Source: an uncultured Acidobacteriota bacterium
GTDB taxonomy: Bacteria > Acidobacteriota > Thermoanaerobaculia > Gp7-AA8
NCBI GenBank assembly: GCA_963822445.1
Contig: CAWGHO010000003.1
Coordinates: forward strand, 448,001-512,000
Length of the DNA stretch: 64,000 bases
Direction: 5' to 3'
Under the pieces are notes generated by a model. It made no database searches. It was not told the DNA's origin and was given only the letters and a program-made list of their open reading frames with translations. The translations under genes and the position numbers were made by a program. Each line of letters begins with the position of its first letter. Position 1 is the first letter of the stretch. This document shows, one piece after another, positions 47,862 to 59,200 of this stretch.

Positions 47862-49424
47862 ATGGCGGAGTGGGAGCGCGATCAGCCCCGGATCGATGCG
47901 GCGATGGACGTTCTGTTCAAGATCCCGGGCGTCCATATGGTCTATGTCGGGCGGCGGTACCGCGACGGCCGGCCGACCGAGGAAGCGGCGCTGTGCGTCC
48001 TGGTGCGGCTGAAAAAGTCGATCGATCAGGTTGCGCCGAGCGAGCGCGTCCCTCGCGAAGTGGCCGGCATACCAACCGATGTCATGGAGGCCGATCCGCC
48101 GCGCCAGGTCCAGACCAAGCCCGATACCGATTACCTGCAGCCGAGCCAGGAGGACCTTCCGACCACTGACGACGAGGAGTACGCGCGTCTTCGCGGCGGC
48201 ATCCGCTGCGAAGGCGGCGGCGGCTCGGGGACGCTCGGATGTCTGGCCCGCGCCACCGACGCCCAGAATATGGACAAGCTCGTCCTTCTATCCAACTACC
48301 ACGTTCTGGTGAACAAGGGATCGGGGGAGGGGACGACGGTGTACCAGCCTCGCAGCAGTTGCTGCTGCTGCGGACGGAAGGTCGGCACCGTGCTCCGCTC
48401 GCGGAAAACCAACACCGGCGCGTTCTTCAAGCAGGCGTCGCAGCCCGCGACCATCGACGCCGCCATCGCCCTCATCAATCCCGGGATCGAGTGCCTCGGC
48501 GAGATGCAGACCGGCACGGGCAGCGGCAGTCCGTCGGAGCTCATCACTGGCGTTCGTCCCGATGCCTCGATCACTACCGGGCTGGCCGTCCGGAAACGCG
48601 GCAGCCGCTCCGGTCCGACACCCGGCACCATCGAATCGCGCACCGGCACCTCGCACAGCTCGACCGACACTCCTAAAGACAAAGACCAGGCGTTCCGGCG
48701 CCAACTCGTCATCGATCCGTGGGACCACACCACGATGACGGGCGTCCACCGCTTCACAGCGGGCGGTGATTCCGGCTCCGCGGTCATGACCCAGACCGGA
48801 GGTGAAATCGTCGGCCTGCTCTGGGGCGGCTTCGTGTTCCGGCCGAACGCCGGCACCGACAATCCGGTCGTGGTCAAGGGCATCGTCTCGAACATCCACG
48901 AAGTCACGACCGCCCTCAACATCAGCATCCTCACCGCGACCGCGCTCAACCAGGTCCAGACGAATCCCGCCGCCGACCCGGTCCCTCCCGCCGACGCTTT
49001 CGCTCCCCAGCCGCTGCCGCAACCGATCGGGCGGACGATGCTCGATCAGGCCCGGCTCGACATCGAGCGCACCGTTCACGGCCGCGCGTACGCGGAGCTC
49101 ATCCGCCGCCATCATTCCGAGGTGTGGCGGCTGGTGCGGGAGAACCGCCGCGTCGGCGCGATCTGGAAACGCTACGGCGGACAGACGCTCGTACAGGCGC
49201 TGATCAACGCCGTCGCCCGTCCCGATGAGCCCATCCCTGCGACGATCGGCGCGCGTCCGGTCGACCAGTCCACGGCGCGCATCGCCGCGATGCTCAAGCG
49301 TTACGGCAGCGCCGCGCTCGCGCGCGACGTCGACGCCTACGAACGGGGCATCGTCGGCCTCTGCGGCTGCACTTACAACGATCTGCTGGCGCGACTGCGC
49401 GCCGGCGAGCCGGTGATGAGCTGA
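47862..49424 (+). CDS. Trypsin-like (S1, Nal1-type) serine protease with an N-terminal prodomain and C-terminal helical domain
   Basis: VPREVAGIPTDV prodomain motif, GTLGC, LSNYHVL (His), IDAAIA (Asp), GDSGS (Ser); no signal peptide. Confidence 0.85.
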   Translation: MAEWERDQPRIDAAMDVLFKIPGVHMVYVGRRYRDGRPTEEAALCVLVRLKKSIDQVAPSERVPREVAGIPTDVMEADPPRQVQTKPDTDYLQPSQEDLPTTDDEEYARLRGGIRCEGGGGSGTLGCLARATDAQNMDKLVLLSNYHVLVNKGSGEGTTVYQPRSSCCCCGRKVGTVLRSRKTNTGAFFKQASQPATIDAAIALINPGIECLGEMQTGTGSGSPSELITGVRPDASITTGLAVRKRGSRSGPTPGTIESRTGTSHSSTDTPKDKDQAFRRQLVIDPWDHTTMTGVHRFTAGGDSGSAVMTQTGGEIVGLLWGGFVFRPNAGTDNPVVVKGIVSNIHEVTTALNISILTATALNQVQTNPAADPVPPADAFAPQPLPQPIGRTMLDQARLDIERTVHGRAYAELIRRHHSEVWRLVRENRRVGAIWKRYGGQTLVQALINAVARPDEPIPATIGARPVDQSTARIAAMLKRYGSAALARDVDAYERGIVGLCGCTYNDLLARLRAGEPVMS

Positions 49425-49431
49425 GAACCCC

Positions 49432-52400
49432 GTGCCGACACCAGCAGGAACGCTCGAAGTTCTCTCCGGCGGCATCGCCCGCATCCTCCAGCCGCTGAGC
49501 GAAGAGCTCGACCCGGCAAAGGTGCTCGATTTCTTCGGCCGCCTCGGCGTGCAGTTCCCGCCGGCGCTGCTGACTCCTCCGCTCACCGCGGCGCTGAACA
49601 CCGCCAGCGAATCGGGACGCGGACTCCCGGCGGCCGTCGATCAGCTCAACGCCGCCATCGCCGGCAACGACTCCGACCAGGTTCTCATTGCGACGATCGA
49701 CGTCATCGGCCGCATCGTCGCGTTCACCGCCTCGCTCGTCGCGGTGCAGGATCAGCTGGACAGCATGCCGCCGCCGGCGGGCGTCACGCAGCAGCAGATG
49801 GACGACTTCGTCGCCGAGCTGCCGGGCGCCATTCTCGATTACGCCATCGTCCGCACGGGCGAGGTGTACGTGCCGTCGGTGACGGCTATCCTCGCCCTGG
49901 TCGGCCTCATCGACCGCGTGAGAGTCCCCGGCGATCCCACGAACCCGACGAAGCCCGACTACACCACGCGCCGCATCCGCCTCGACCGACTCGGCAAGTT
50001 CCTCAGCAACCCCCTCGGCTACGCTGAGGATCTGGTGGGTTGGGGGCCGGCGTTCAACGCGAATGCGCTGCTGCAGCGCGTGCAGGATTTCCACAACGAC
50101 ATGGCCATCCCGAGCACGCTCGGGCCGGGCGGCTTCGAATCGTATGCGTTCGACCTCTCCGCCGCAGCGGGATCGCCCCCCGGCGTCGCATTCGAGATCC
50201 ACGTTCCCATCACCGCCGGCATCGATCTCACGATCCCGTGGTGTACGGGATGGGCGTTCCATCTGCTCACCGAAGCTTCGGCCGATACGACGATCGATGG
50301 GAGCGTGAGATATCCCGACCTCGTCGAAGCGAATGCGGCCGCCGACATCAGCGGGCGCGCGCTGATCGGCATCTCCCGCGACGTGGTCCCTCCCGCGACC
50401 GAGATCATCCTCATCGGCCAGCCCGGCGGCAGCCGCATTTCGGTGGCCAGCTTCCGCGCCGACGCGGGAGTGCGCTTCCGCTGGAATTCAGGAAGCGGGG
50501 ACGCCACCGTCGAGCCGGACGTGCAGGGGACGATCGTCGGCGCGAAGGTGATCATCGACACGTCGAACGCGGATGGGTTCATCGGCACGCTGACGAGTGG
50601 GATCAGGGTCGAAGGAGGTTTCGACGCGCAGCTCGGATGGGCGCCGTCGACCGGCATCCGCTTCGAAGGGAGTGCGACGATCGAGATCCAGATCCCGCTT
50701 CACGTCTCCCTCGGACCGATCGACATCTCGTCGCTCTACCTCGTCGGCGGCATCAGCGGCGGCGACTCCGGCATCGCCATTCCGCTCGAGCTCTCGGTCG
50801 GCCTCGGCGCGAAGCTCGGCCCGCTCGAGGCGGCCGTGGAGCGCATCGGCGCGAAGGCGATGGTCACCTTTCCCGAGGAAGGCGGGAATCTGGGGCCGGC
50901 GAACATCAGCTTCGAGTTCAAGCCGCCGAGCGGGGTCGGCCTGGCCGTCGACGCGGGCGTGGTCAAAGGCGGCGGTTACCTCTACATCGACGTCGAGCGC
51001 GGCGAATACGCGGGCGCGCTCGAGCTCACGTTCAGCGGCTTCGTCTCGATCAAGGCCATCGGCATCATCACCACGAAGATGCCCGACGGCTCGCCGGGCT
51101 TCTCGCTGCTGATCATCATGTGGGTCGAGTTCGCGAGCGGCATCCAGCTCGGATTCGGCTTCGCGCTCTTCGCTGTCGGCGGCCTGCTCGGCCTCAACCG
51201 CACGATGAAGCTGCAGGCGCTGATGGAAGGCGTCCGCAGCGGCGCGATCGATCGGATCATGTTCCCGCAGAACATCGTGGCCAACGCGCCGAAGATCATC
51301 AGCGATCTGCGCGCGATCTTCCCGCCGCAGGAGGGGACGTTCCTCATCGGGCCGATGGTCAAGCTCGGATGGGGGACGCCGACGCTGATCAGCGTGACGC
51401 TCGGCATCATCATCGAGATCCCCGGCAACATCGCCATCCTCGGCGTGATCAAGATCGCCGCTGCCGACGGAAGCGGCGGCGCTGGTCGTGCTGCAGGTCA
51501 ACTTCGTCGGCGCGATCGAGTTCGACAAGAAGCGGCTCTGGTTCTTCGCCGCGCTGTTCGAGTCGCGGGTCGCTGTTCCTCACGATCGAGGGCGAGATGG
51601 GACTGCTCGTGGCCTGGGGCGACGACGCGAACTTCGTCGTCAGCGTGGGCGGCTTCCATCCCCGATTCACACCGCCGCCGCTGCCGTTCCCGATCCCGAG
51701 GCGCATCGCCGATCAGCCTGATCAACACGTCGTCGGCGCGCGTGCGCGTCGAGGGCTATTTCGCGGTCACCTCGAACACGCGTGCAGTTCGGCGCGCGCG
51801 TCGAGGTGTTCTTCGGCATCGGCGACGTCTTGAACATCAACGGCCATCTCGCGTTCGACGCGCTGTTCCAGTTCTCGCCGTTCTGCTTCGTCATCGAGAT
51901 CTCCGCGTCGCTCTCGGTGAAGGTGTTCGGCGTCGGCCTGTTCAGCGTCCGCGTCAGCGGCTCGCTCGACGGCCCGACGCCGTGGCGCGTGGCCGGCCAG
52001 GGCTCGATCTCGCTGCTGTTCTTCGACATCAACGTCGACTTCGAAAAGACGTGGGGGGAGACGAACAAGGCCAAGCTGCCGCCGATCGCAGTGCTGCCGA
52101 TCATCCGCGCGGAGCTGGACAAGGCGGAGACCTGGCGCGCCCTGCCGCCGGCGAACAACAACCTGCTGGTCTCGCTGCGCAAGATGCCGGAAGAAGAAGC
52201 GGCGCTGGTGCTGCATCCCGTTGGGGTGCTGCGCGTCTCGCAGCGTGCCCTTCCGCTCGCGATCACGCTCGACAAGGTCGGCGACCAGAAGCCGAGCGAC
52301 GTCAACAAGTTGACCATCGTCGTGGCCGGCGGCGGGCTGGCCCAGAAGGCGGACGCGTTCGAGCGTTCGCGCCGGCGCAGTTCCAGGAGCTCAGCGACGC

Positions 52401-52849
52401 GGACAAGCTGTCGCGGCCCGCGTTCTCGCAGGAGCGCTCGGGATTGGAGCTGTCCGCGGCCGGCGAGGACGTGCGCACCGGCGGCATGATCCGCCGCGTC
52501 GTGCGCTACGAAGAGATCATCATCGACTCGAATTTCAAGCGTTTCGTCGCGCCGCTTCCAGCTTCTCGGCGCGCTCCTGTTCGACTTCTTCCTCGGCGGC
52601 GCGGCGGTGGCCAAATCGGAGCTCTCCCTGGCCACGAAGAAGCAGTGCAGCCGTTCGACGACAAGATCGACGTGAAGGAGGCGACGTACACCGTCGCCCT
52701 GCAGGCGAACAACCACGCCTACTCGGCGGCTGCGGCCACGTTCACGAGCGAGGCGAGCGCGCAGGAGTTCCTCAAGAGTGAAGTGGCGAAGAACCCGAAC
52801 GCTCGCCGAGTCGCTGCACGTGATTCCGAGCTGGGAGCAGGCTGCATGA
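49432..52849 (+). CDS. DUF6603-like large beta-rich protein (about 1140 aa); several frameshifts between about 51460 and 52810
   Basis: GGGYL..YAGALEL..GFGFAL..VGGLLGLNR..GPMVKLGWG, SVGGFHPRF, SLDGPTPWRVAG, FAPAQF motifs (family recognised from memory). True end SLHVIPSWEQAA* at 52849. Confidence 0.75.
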
Positions 52850-55800
52850 GCATCCTCGGCACGTACTCGTTCCTGCCGTGGATGCGGCAGGGGCTCGCGA
52901 ACCAGATCACGTCGCCCGATCCGAATCCGGCCGCGGCGCTGCGGGCCGAGGTGCAGGTGCAGTTGGAGCTGCGCGCAACGGAAGTGGGCGGCGCCGAGCG
53001 TCCGGGCGAGCCGATCGACCGGAACGTCGCCCTCTTCGGCCCGGGAGACATCCAAGGCATCGAGCAGCGCGCCATCGTCCGCACTGATCCGCGCAACTGG
53101 ATCACCAACTTCGAGCCGAACTACCTCCCGTGCATCGAGTTCTACGACGAGGATTTCCCGTGGCGCTACACCCCCGCGGCTCCCGCCGGCGCGCGCCTCC
53201 GGCCGTGGATCATGCTGGTGGTCCTGCAGGAGAACGAGGAGTTCGAGGAAGGGAAGGACATCCGCGACAAGCCCCTGCCCTATATCGAAGTTCCGAACGC
53301 GGACACTGTCTTTCCGCCGCCCGAGCAGCTCTGGGCCTGGGCGCACGTGCACATCAACAAGAGCGTGGCCGCGAATGACACGCAGTTCCGTGCGAATACG
53401 CCGGCCGAGGTCGAGGCGGTTGCGCCGCGCGTGCGCAGCGTGATCGACGCGAACCGCGACAACGCCTACTCGCGCATTCTCTGCCCGCGCAAGCTCGCGC
53501 CGAACACCGCCTACCACGCATTCCTGGTCCCGGTGTTCGAGACTGGACGCCTGGCGGGACTGGGGCTGCCGTTCGATACCGTACCCAGCCCGACCATCTC
53601 GGCGTGGAAAGACGACTACGCGGCCAAAGGGCAGAACGCGCCGACGCAGTTCCCGCACTACTACCGCTGGTACTTCCGCACCGGCGCCACCGGCGACTTC
53701 GAGACTCTGGTGCGCCTGCTCGTGCCGAAGCCGGTCGACAAGCGGGTCGGCACGCGCGACATGGACGTCCTCGACCCCGGACTGAACGTCGATGCGGAGC
53801 CGAAGTTCAGCGGCATTCTCAAGCTCGGCGGCGCGCTCCGCGTGCCGCGCAAGAACTACACGGAAGCGGAGCTGGATCAGGTCGAGGCGCTGGAGAACTG
53901 GGCCACGGACCCGGCGAGCGAGTATCCGCGTCCGATCCAGCAGGACCTCGCCGCTCTCATCAACCTGAGCGACGACTACGCGGAAGCCGCGGCCGACGCC
54001 GCGAACGCGGCCGCCGGCATCATCGATCCGGAGAATCCGACCGAGAACGATCCCGATCCGGTGATCACTCTGCCGCTGTACGGGACGTGGCACGCCCTCA
54101 CCAAGCGGCTGCTGCGCGAGCGCGACAACACCCCCCTCACGCCGAACGACAACTGGATCCACGAGCTGAACCTCGATCCGCGATTCCGCGTCGCTGCCGG
54201 CTTCGGCACGCGCGTCGTGCAGGACCAGCAGGAGAAGCTGATGGACGCGGCGTGGGAGCAGGTCGGCCGCGTGCTCGAGGCCCGCCGGCGCATCCGCTTC
54301 GGCCAGTTCGCGAAGGAAGTCTCCACGATCTGGTACGACCGCCATCTGGTGCCTCTCGTCGGCACGACCGGCACGAACGGCGCGAACCGGCAGAAGGGTC
54401 TGCTGCTGCTCGCGCCGCTCAACAAGCGGGTCATCGCCAACGGGTTCACGGTCCACAACCACCTCGGCGAGAGCTTTCTGCAACCGGCGATGCTCTCCGC
54501 ACCGCTGCGCCGCATCCTCCGCCCGCGCGGACGGCTCATTTCACTGACGCCGTTCACGCCGGAGATCCGGCCGGACAACCTCATCGACCGCGTCAACGAA
54601 GGCACCGTCAACGCCTCGCCTCCGAAAGTGCGGCCGCCCGGCATCCTCACACCCGACGACATCGCTGATGAGGTGCTGCCCGACAACATCCCGCCGGCGC
54701 TCGTCGAGAAACTCCGCCTCTCGCCGTGGCTGCGCTGGCTGCTGCTGCTGATCGCGGCAATCCTGATCATTCTTCTCTTCGCCTTCACACCGACGGGCAT
54801 CGCCGCCACCGTCGGCATCGCCATCCTCGCGCTCGTGATCTGGCTTTTCCTGCTCCTGACGCGATGGAGCAATCAGATCGCGGCCTCCGACACATTGCGC
54901 GAGGACAACCGGGCACCGGAGAGGGTCGATGACTTGCCGCTCAGTCCGAACTTCACGCTCACCGACTTCGGCACCATCCCGAACATCACCATCGGCACGA
55001 CCGACAGCACCGAGGCGGTGCGCTTCAAGTCCGGACTGAAGAACGCCTGGGGGCTCATCACCTCGGGGAAAGAGGCCAGCGTCGTTCCGGCGAAGAAGAA
55101 GCTCGACCTCGGCGCGATCGCTGAAACATTCGTGACCGCGATCAATCCCGCCCTCACCGTGCCGCGGCGCGTCTACGCCGGCATCTTCCTGCCGCCGCGC
55201 ATCGTCCTGGAGATCGGGGAGACCTTCGTCGAGCCGATGGCCTATCCGATCTTCGACACGCCGATGTACGAGCCGCTGACGAAGCCTTCGGCCGAGCTGT
55301 TTCTGCCGAACCTCAATCTGATCGAGCAGAACAGCATCACCCTGCTGGAGACGAACCAGAAGTTCATCGAGTCCTACATGGTCGGGCTCAATCACGAGTT
55401 CGCGCGCGAACTGTTGTGGCGCGAGTACCCGACCGACCAGCGCGGCAGCTACTTCCGGCAGTTCTGGGACGTGCGCAGCTTCTTCAACCCCACGAACATG
55501 AACGACGAGGACTTCAGGGAGTCCTTGCGCGACATCCCGAAGCTGCATCTCTGGTCGAGGCTCTCGAAGCTCGGAGATCACGATCATCGCGAGGAAGGGC
55601 TGGACAACGAACAGGAGCTCGTACTGGTCATCCGCGGCGAGCTGCTCAAGCGCTATCCGAACACCGTCATCTACGCGCACCGCGCGCGCTGGCAGTTGAA
55701 GTCCGACGGCACGATCGACAACACGCTGGAGCGCCGCCTCGTCGATCTCGTCGGCGCCGAAATCGACAAGCCGCCGAAAGACAAAGTCCTGACGCCGCTC

Positions 55801-56244
55801 TACGAGGCGAAGGTCGATCCCGACATCTACTTCTTCGGCTTCGACCTCACCATCGAGGCGGCGGCCGGCGGCACCGGCGCGAACCCGGCCGACGATCCCG
55901 GCTGGTTCTTCGTTCTCAAGGAGCGTCCCGGCGAGCCGCGCTTCGGCCTCGACTTCACCGACCCGCCTCCCAACCCGGCGCGTCCGCTCCACATCTGGGG
56001 CGACCTGGCGTGGTCGGACGTGCAACCCGGTCCGGACGGCTCGTTCATCGAGATCACCAACGCCACGCCGACGCGCGCGTTGACGATCCCTACCGGCCCG
56101 GACTCGGAGAAGCTGCCGCAGCACGACGACGACAAGAACATCCCTTTCAACAAGGACATGAACGCGGCCGATCTGGCCTACGTGCTGTTCCAGGCGCCGG
56201 TGCTCGTCGCCATACACGCCAGCGAGATGCTGCCGAAGAATTGA
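52846..56244 (+). CDS. Conserved hypothetical protein (1132 aa) with an internal TM hairpin
   Basis: ATGA overlap with the upstream gene; motifs EPNYLPCIEF..DFPWRYTP, WAWAHVH, NLDPRFRVAAGFG, NHEFARELLWREYPTDQRGSYFRQFWD, EPRFGLD. Confidence 0.8.
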   Translation: MSILGTYSFLPWMRQGLANQITSPDPNPAAALRAEVQVQLELRATEVGGAERPGEPIDRNVALFGPGDIQGIEQRAIVRTDPRNWITNFEPNYLPCIEFYDEDFPWRYTPAAPAGARLRPWIMLVVLQENEEFEEGKDIRDKPLPYIEVPNADTVFPPPEQLWAWAHVHINKSVAANDTQFRANTPAEVEAVAPRVRSVIDANRDNAYSRILCPRKLAPNTAYHAFLVPVFETGRLAGLGLPFDTVPSPTISAWKDDYAAKGQNAPTQFPHYYRWYFRTGATGDFETLVRLLVPKPVDKRVGTRDMDVLDPGLNVDAEPKFSGILKLGGALRVPRKNYTEAELDQVEALENWATDPASEYPRPIQQDLAALINLSDDYAEAAADAANAAAGIIDPENPTENDPDPVITLPLYGTWHALTKRLLRERDNTPLTPNDNWIHELNLDPRFRVAAGFGTRVVQDQQEKLMDAAWEQVGRVLEARRRIRFGQFAKEVSTIWYDRHLVPLVGTTGTNGANRQKGLLLLAPLNKRVIANGFTVHNHLGESFLQPAMLSAPLRRILRPRGRLISLTPFTPEIRPDNLIDRVNEGTVNASPPKVRPPGILTPDDIADEVLPDNIPPALVEKLRLSPWLRWLLLLIAAILIILLFAFTPTGIAATVGIAILALVIWLFLLLTRWSNQIAASDTLREDNRAPERVDDLPLSPNFTLTDFGTIPNITIGTTDSTEAVRFKSGLKNAWGLITSGKEASVVPAKKKLDLGAIAETFVTAINPALTVPRRVYAGIFLPPRIVLEIGETFVEPMAYPIFDTPMYEPLTKPSAELFLPNLNLIEQNSITLLETNQKFIESYMVGLNHEFARELLWREYPTDQRGSYFRQFWDVRSFFNPTNMNDEDFRESLRDIPKLHLWSRLSKLGDHDHREEGLDNEQELVLVIRGELLKRYPNTVIYAHRARWQLKSDGTIDNTLERRLVDLVGAEIDKPPKDKVLTPLYEAKVDPDIYFFGFDLTIEAAAGGTGANPADDPGWFFVLKERPGEPRFGLDFTDPPPNPARPLHIWGDLAWSDVQPGPDGSFIEITNATPTRALTIPTGPDSEKLPQHDDDKNIPFNKDMNAADLAYVLFQAPVLVAIHASEMLPKN

Positions 56245-56251
56245 TTGACCG

Positions 56252-59200
56252 ATGGCCACATTCGACGAAGTCCGCCAGCAGCTCCGCCAGGCCCGCGTCG
56301 ATGCCGACGCGAAAGGGGAGGCCGCGTTCGCCGCCAGGGAGCGCCTGTGGCGCATCGAGCGCGAGCAGGAAGCACTGCGCCGCCGGTTCGATCCCGAGAA
56401 CGCCGATCACGTGCAGCGTGCGGCGGCGCTCGACGAAGCCCACGCGAAGTTGACGCAGGACATCGCCGATGCGCGCCAGATCCGCAACGACGCCATCGCC
56501 GTCGAGACCGGCCTCCTCGGCCAGTTCGCACAGTTCAGCGACCCCCGCGACGCCATCGAGCAGCTCAACGATCAATATCCGATTCTCCTGCTGCCGGTGC
56601 GGCTCGAGACACGCTTCAAAGGCGACCAGCTCTGGGTGCGGGTCTATCCGGACGACATCTCCGTCGACACGTTCGAGCCGCTGCTTTCGGTCAGCGAAGT
56701 AGCCAGCGCGAAGGAGTACTGGACGGGCATCTGGCAGGGACGCGGCTTCGAAGACCAGGAGCGCGGCGCGTGGCGCGGGCTGGTGGCCAGCCATGGGTCG
56801 GGACGGGCGGCGTGGATCCTCGACGTCCGCCAATACGAGCCGCTGAACCTCGCCGACCTGCAGCCGAAGGCCAGTGCCACCGACGTCGTGCTGACCATTG
56901 CCACCGAGGTGCTGCCGAACCCGGCTGAGAACGCGGCGATCGGCGCGTACTGGATCGCGCTCTGGAAGGCGGACGGCGACGCGCAGCAATCGCAGGACGC
57001 GCTCGACGCGCTCGTCACCGCGCTGGGCGCCGCGCGCGCGGACGAGATCGCGAACGGGCCGCAGCCTTCGAACTTCGCGACCGTGCCGGTTCTGCCGGAT
57101 ACGAAGCAGAGCGTCACCACGACCTTTTCCTGGGTCGTCTTCCCCGACAGCGCAACGCTGGAGCTGAAAGAAAACTCGTGGGCCCGCGCGGCCCGCGCGG
57201 TTCTGCTGCCGGACCGCTTCGTCTTCATCGGCTATCGCACCGGCGCCGCGCCGCGCATCGCCCTCGGAGCCCCGGTGCCGTCGTCGCTCGTCGTTGGTCC
57301 CGATCCTTCCGCCCCCGAGACCGAGCAACTGCGTCGCGACGCCGCCGGCAACCTGATCATCCCGGACGACATGCTGTGGATGGTCGACTTCGACCGCGCC
57401 GTGCAGGTGGGGATGGGCTTCCGTCTCGAGCTCGACGCGTTCGAGGCTGCGAACGGCTTCGATCGCGTCCTCGTCGTCGGCATCCGCGCCGGTGACGACG
57501 AGACGGAGGCCGCGCAGGGGCTGGCCACACTCATCGAGCATCACCGCTTCAGCCGCACCGGCTTCGAGGTCGTGCCGCAGGGAACGCCGACGAACAACAC
57601 CGAGGCGGCGAGCACGCCGTTCGTGCGTGGCGCGGTTGCCGACGCGAGCTTCAACGACCGCAAGACCGGCGACCTGTTCACCCACTCCGATTCATGGCTC
57701 ACCAAAGCGGACGGCCAGTGGCTGGCCGAATGGCTCGGTCTCGACGAAGCGGCGTTCCAGCGCGTACACGGTGCGGGCGGGCGCGACCAGGGCGACGCGC
57801 GGGCGATGAACGTCGCCCTCTGGCCGGCCACGATCGACTACTGGATGGAGTCGCTGATGGACCCGGGCTTCGATACCGAGGAGATCAGCCAGACCCGCGA
57901 CTTCTTCACGACCTATGTCAGCGGCCGCGGCGCGGTGCCCGCCATCCGGGTCGGACGTCAGCCCTACGGCATCCTGCCGGCGACCGCGCTCTCGCGGATG
58001 CAGTGGCTGCAGCCGAAGAACACCGACGGCGCGCTCTTTCGCTCCTACCATTGGCGGCTCTACCAGTTCCTGCTGCGCGTCGATGCGCAGTGGCGTGCCC
58101 TGGTCTCGCTCGTTGCGTACGCCGGCAAGCCAGACGTCGATCCGCACGAGAATCTGCTCCACATCGTTGGCCTCCACTCCGGCGCGGCCAGTTGGGCGTA
58201 CCGCTGGGCGGAAAGCGCGGACCAGTACTGGAACCAGCTCGTCTTCATGTCCTGGAACCAGTTCTCCCTCGACCCCTTCAAGCAAGAGGCCGCGACCGCG
58301 TTACTGAACGATTTCGGCTGGCTGCGCGAGCCGTATCCGAACATCCTCGAGAAGTTCTTCTTCGGCAAACACGATCCGCTCACCGGCCCGATCGTCGACG
58401 ACGTCCCGCTCTCCGAGACCGCGCCGATCCGCAGCTACACGGACGACGATCGCAACTACATCCAGTGGCTGATCGACGCATCGAATGTCTCGCTGCAGAC
58501 GCTCTACGCGCAGGACGGTTTCAAAAGCGACCTTCCACCGAAGGCGCTCCTCTATCTCCTGCTGCGCCACGCGCTACAGCTCGGCTATCACGACGTCGCC
58601 GTGCGCCTGCACTCCGAATTGAACCTGCTCGATCCGGTGAGCGCCCGCGCCGCGAAACGCGACAACCCGTTCATCCACGTGCGCGAGCAGGCGGCGCAGA
58701 GCGAGAGCCGGTATCAGATCCTGTACAAGACCGAGCCGCTGATCAGCGCCACGGAGCCGGTCGGGCAGTACATCGCCGCGCAACTGCAGAAGCCCGACTT
58801 CTTCGCCGGCCGCATGCTGTCCCGGCAGCTCGAGGCGCTCGAGCTGCTGAAGGACGCCTCCACGGCGCGGCTCGAGCGCGCGTTCGCGGAGCACATCGAT
58901 CTGTGCACCTACCGCCTCGACGCCTGGCTCCTCGGCCTGGTGCACCTGCAGCTCGCCAGCATGCGCAACAACGAAGAGACGGTGTCGTCGCCGCCGCGCA
59001 AAGGCGTCCACGTCGGCGCCTACGCCTGGCTCGAGAACCTCCGTCCCGAGAACAAAGTGCTGACGCCGTTCACGCCGGAAGATCCGGAGCTGGCTGCGAT
59101 CTTCGCCGGCTCTCCGCAGCTGGTGAAAGACTCGACGAACTTCGGCTACATCCACGCGCCGTCGCTCAATCACGCCGTCGCCGCGGCCGTACTCCGCAAC

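Noticed and set aside
49432-56244. Single 2270-aa giant ORF
   Set aside because: It is an artefactual fusion. Frameshifts at about 51460-52810 put Arg-rich nonsense in frame. The DUF6603-like gene ends at TGA 52849 and the next gene starts at the overlapping ATG 52846.
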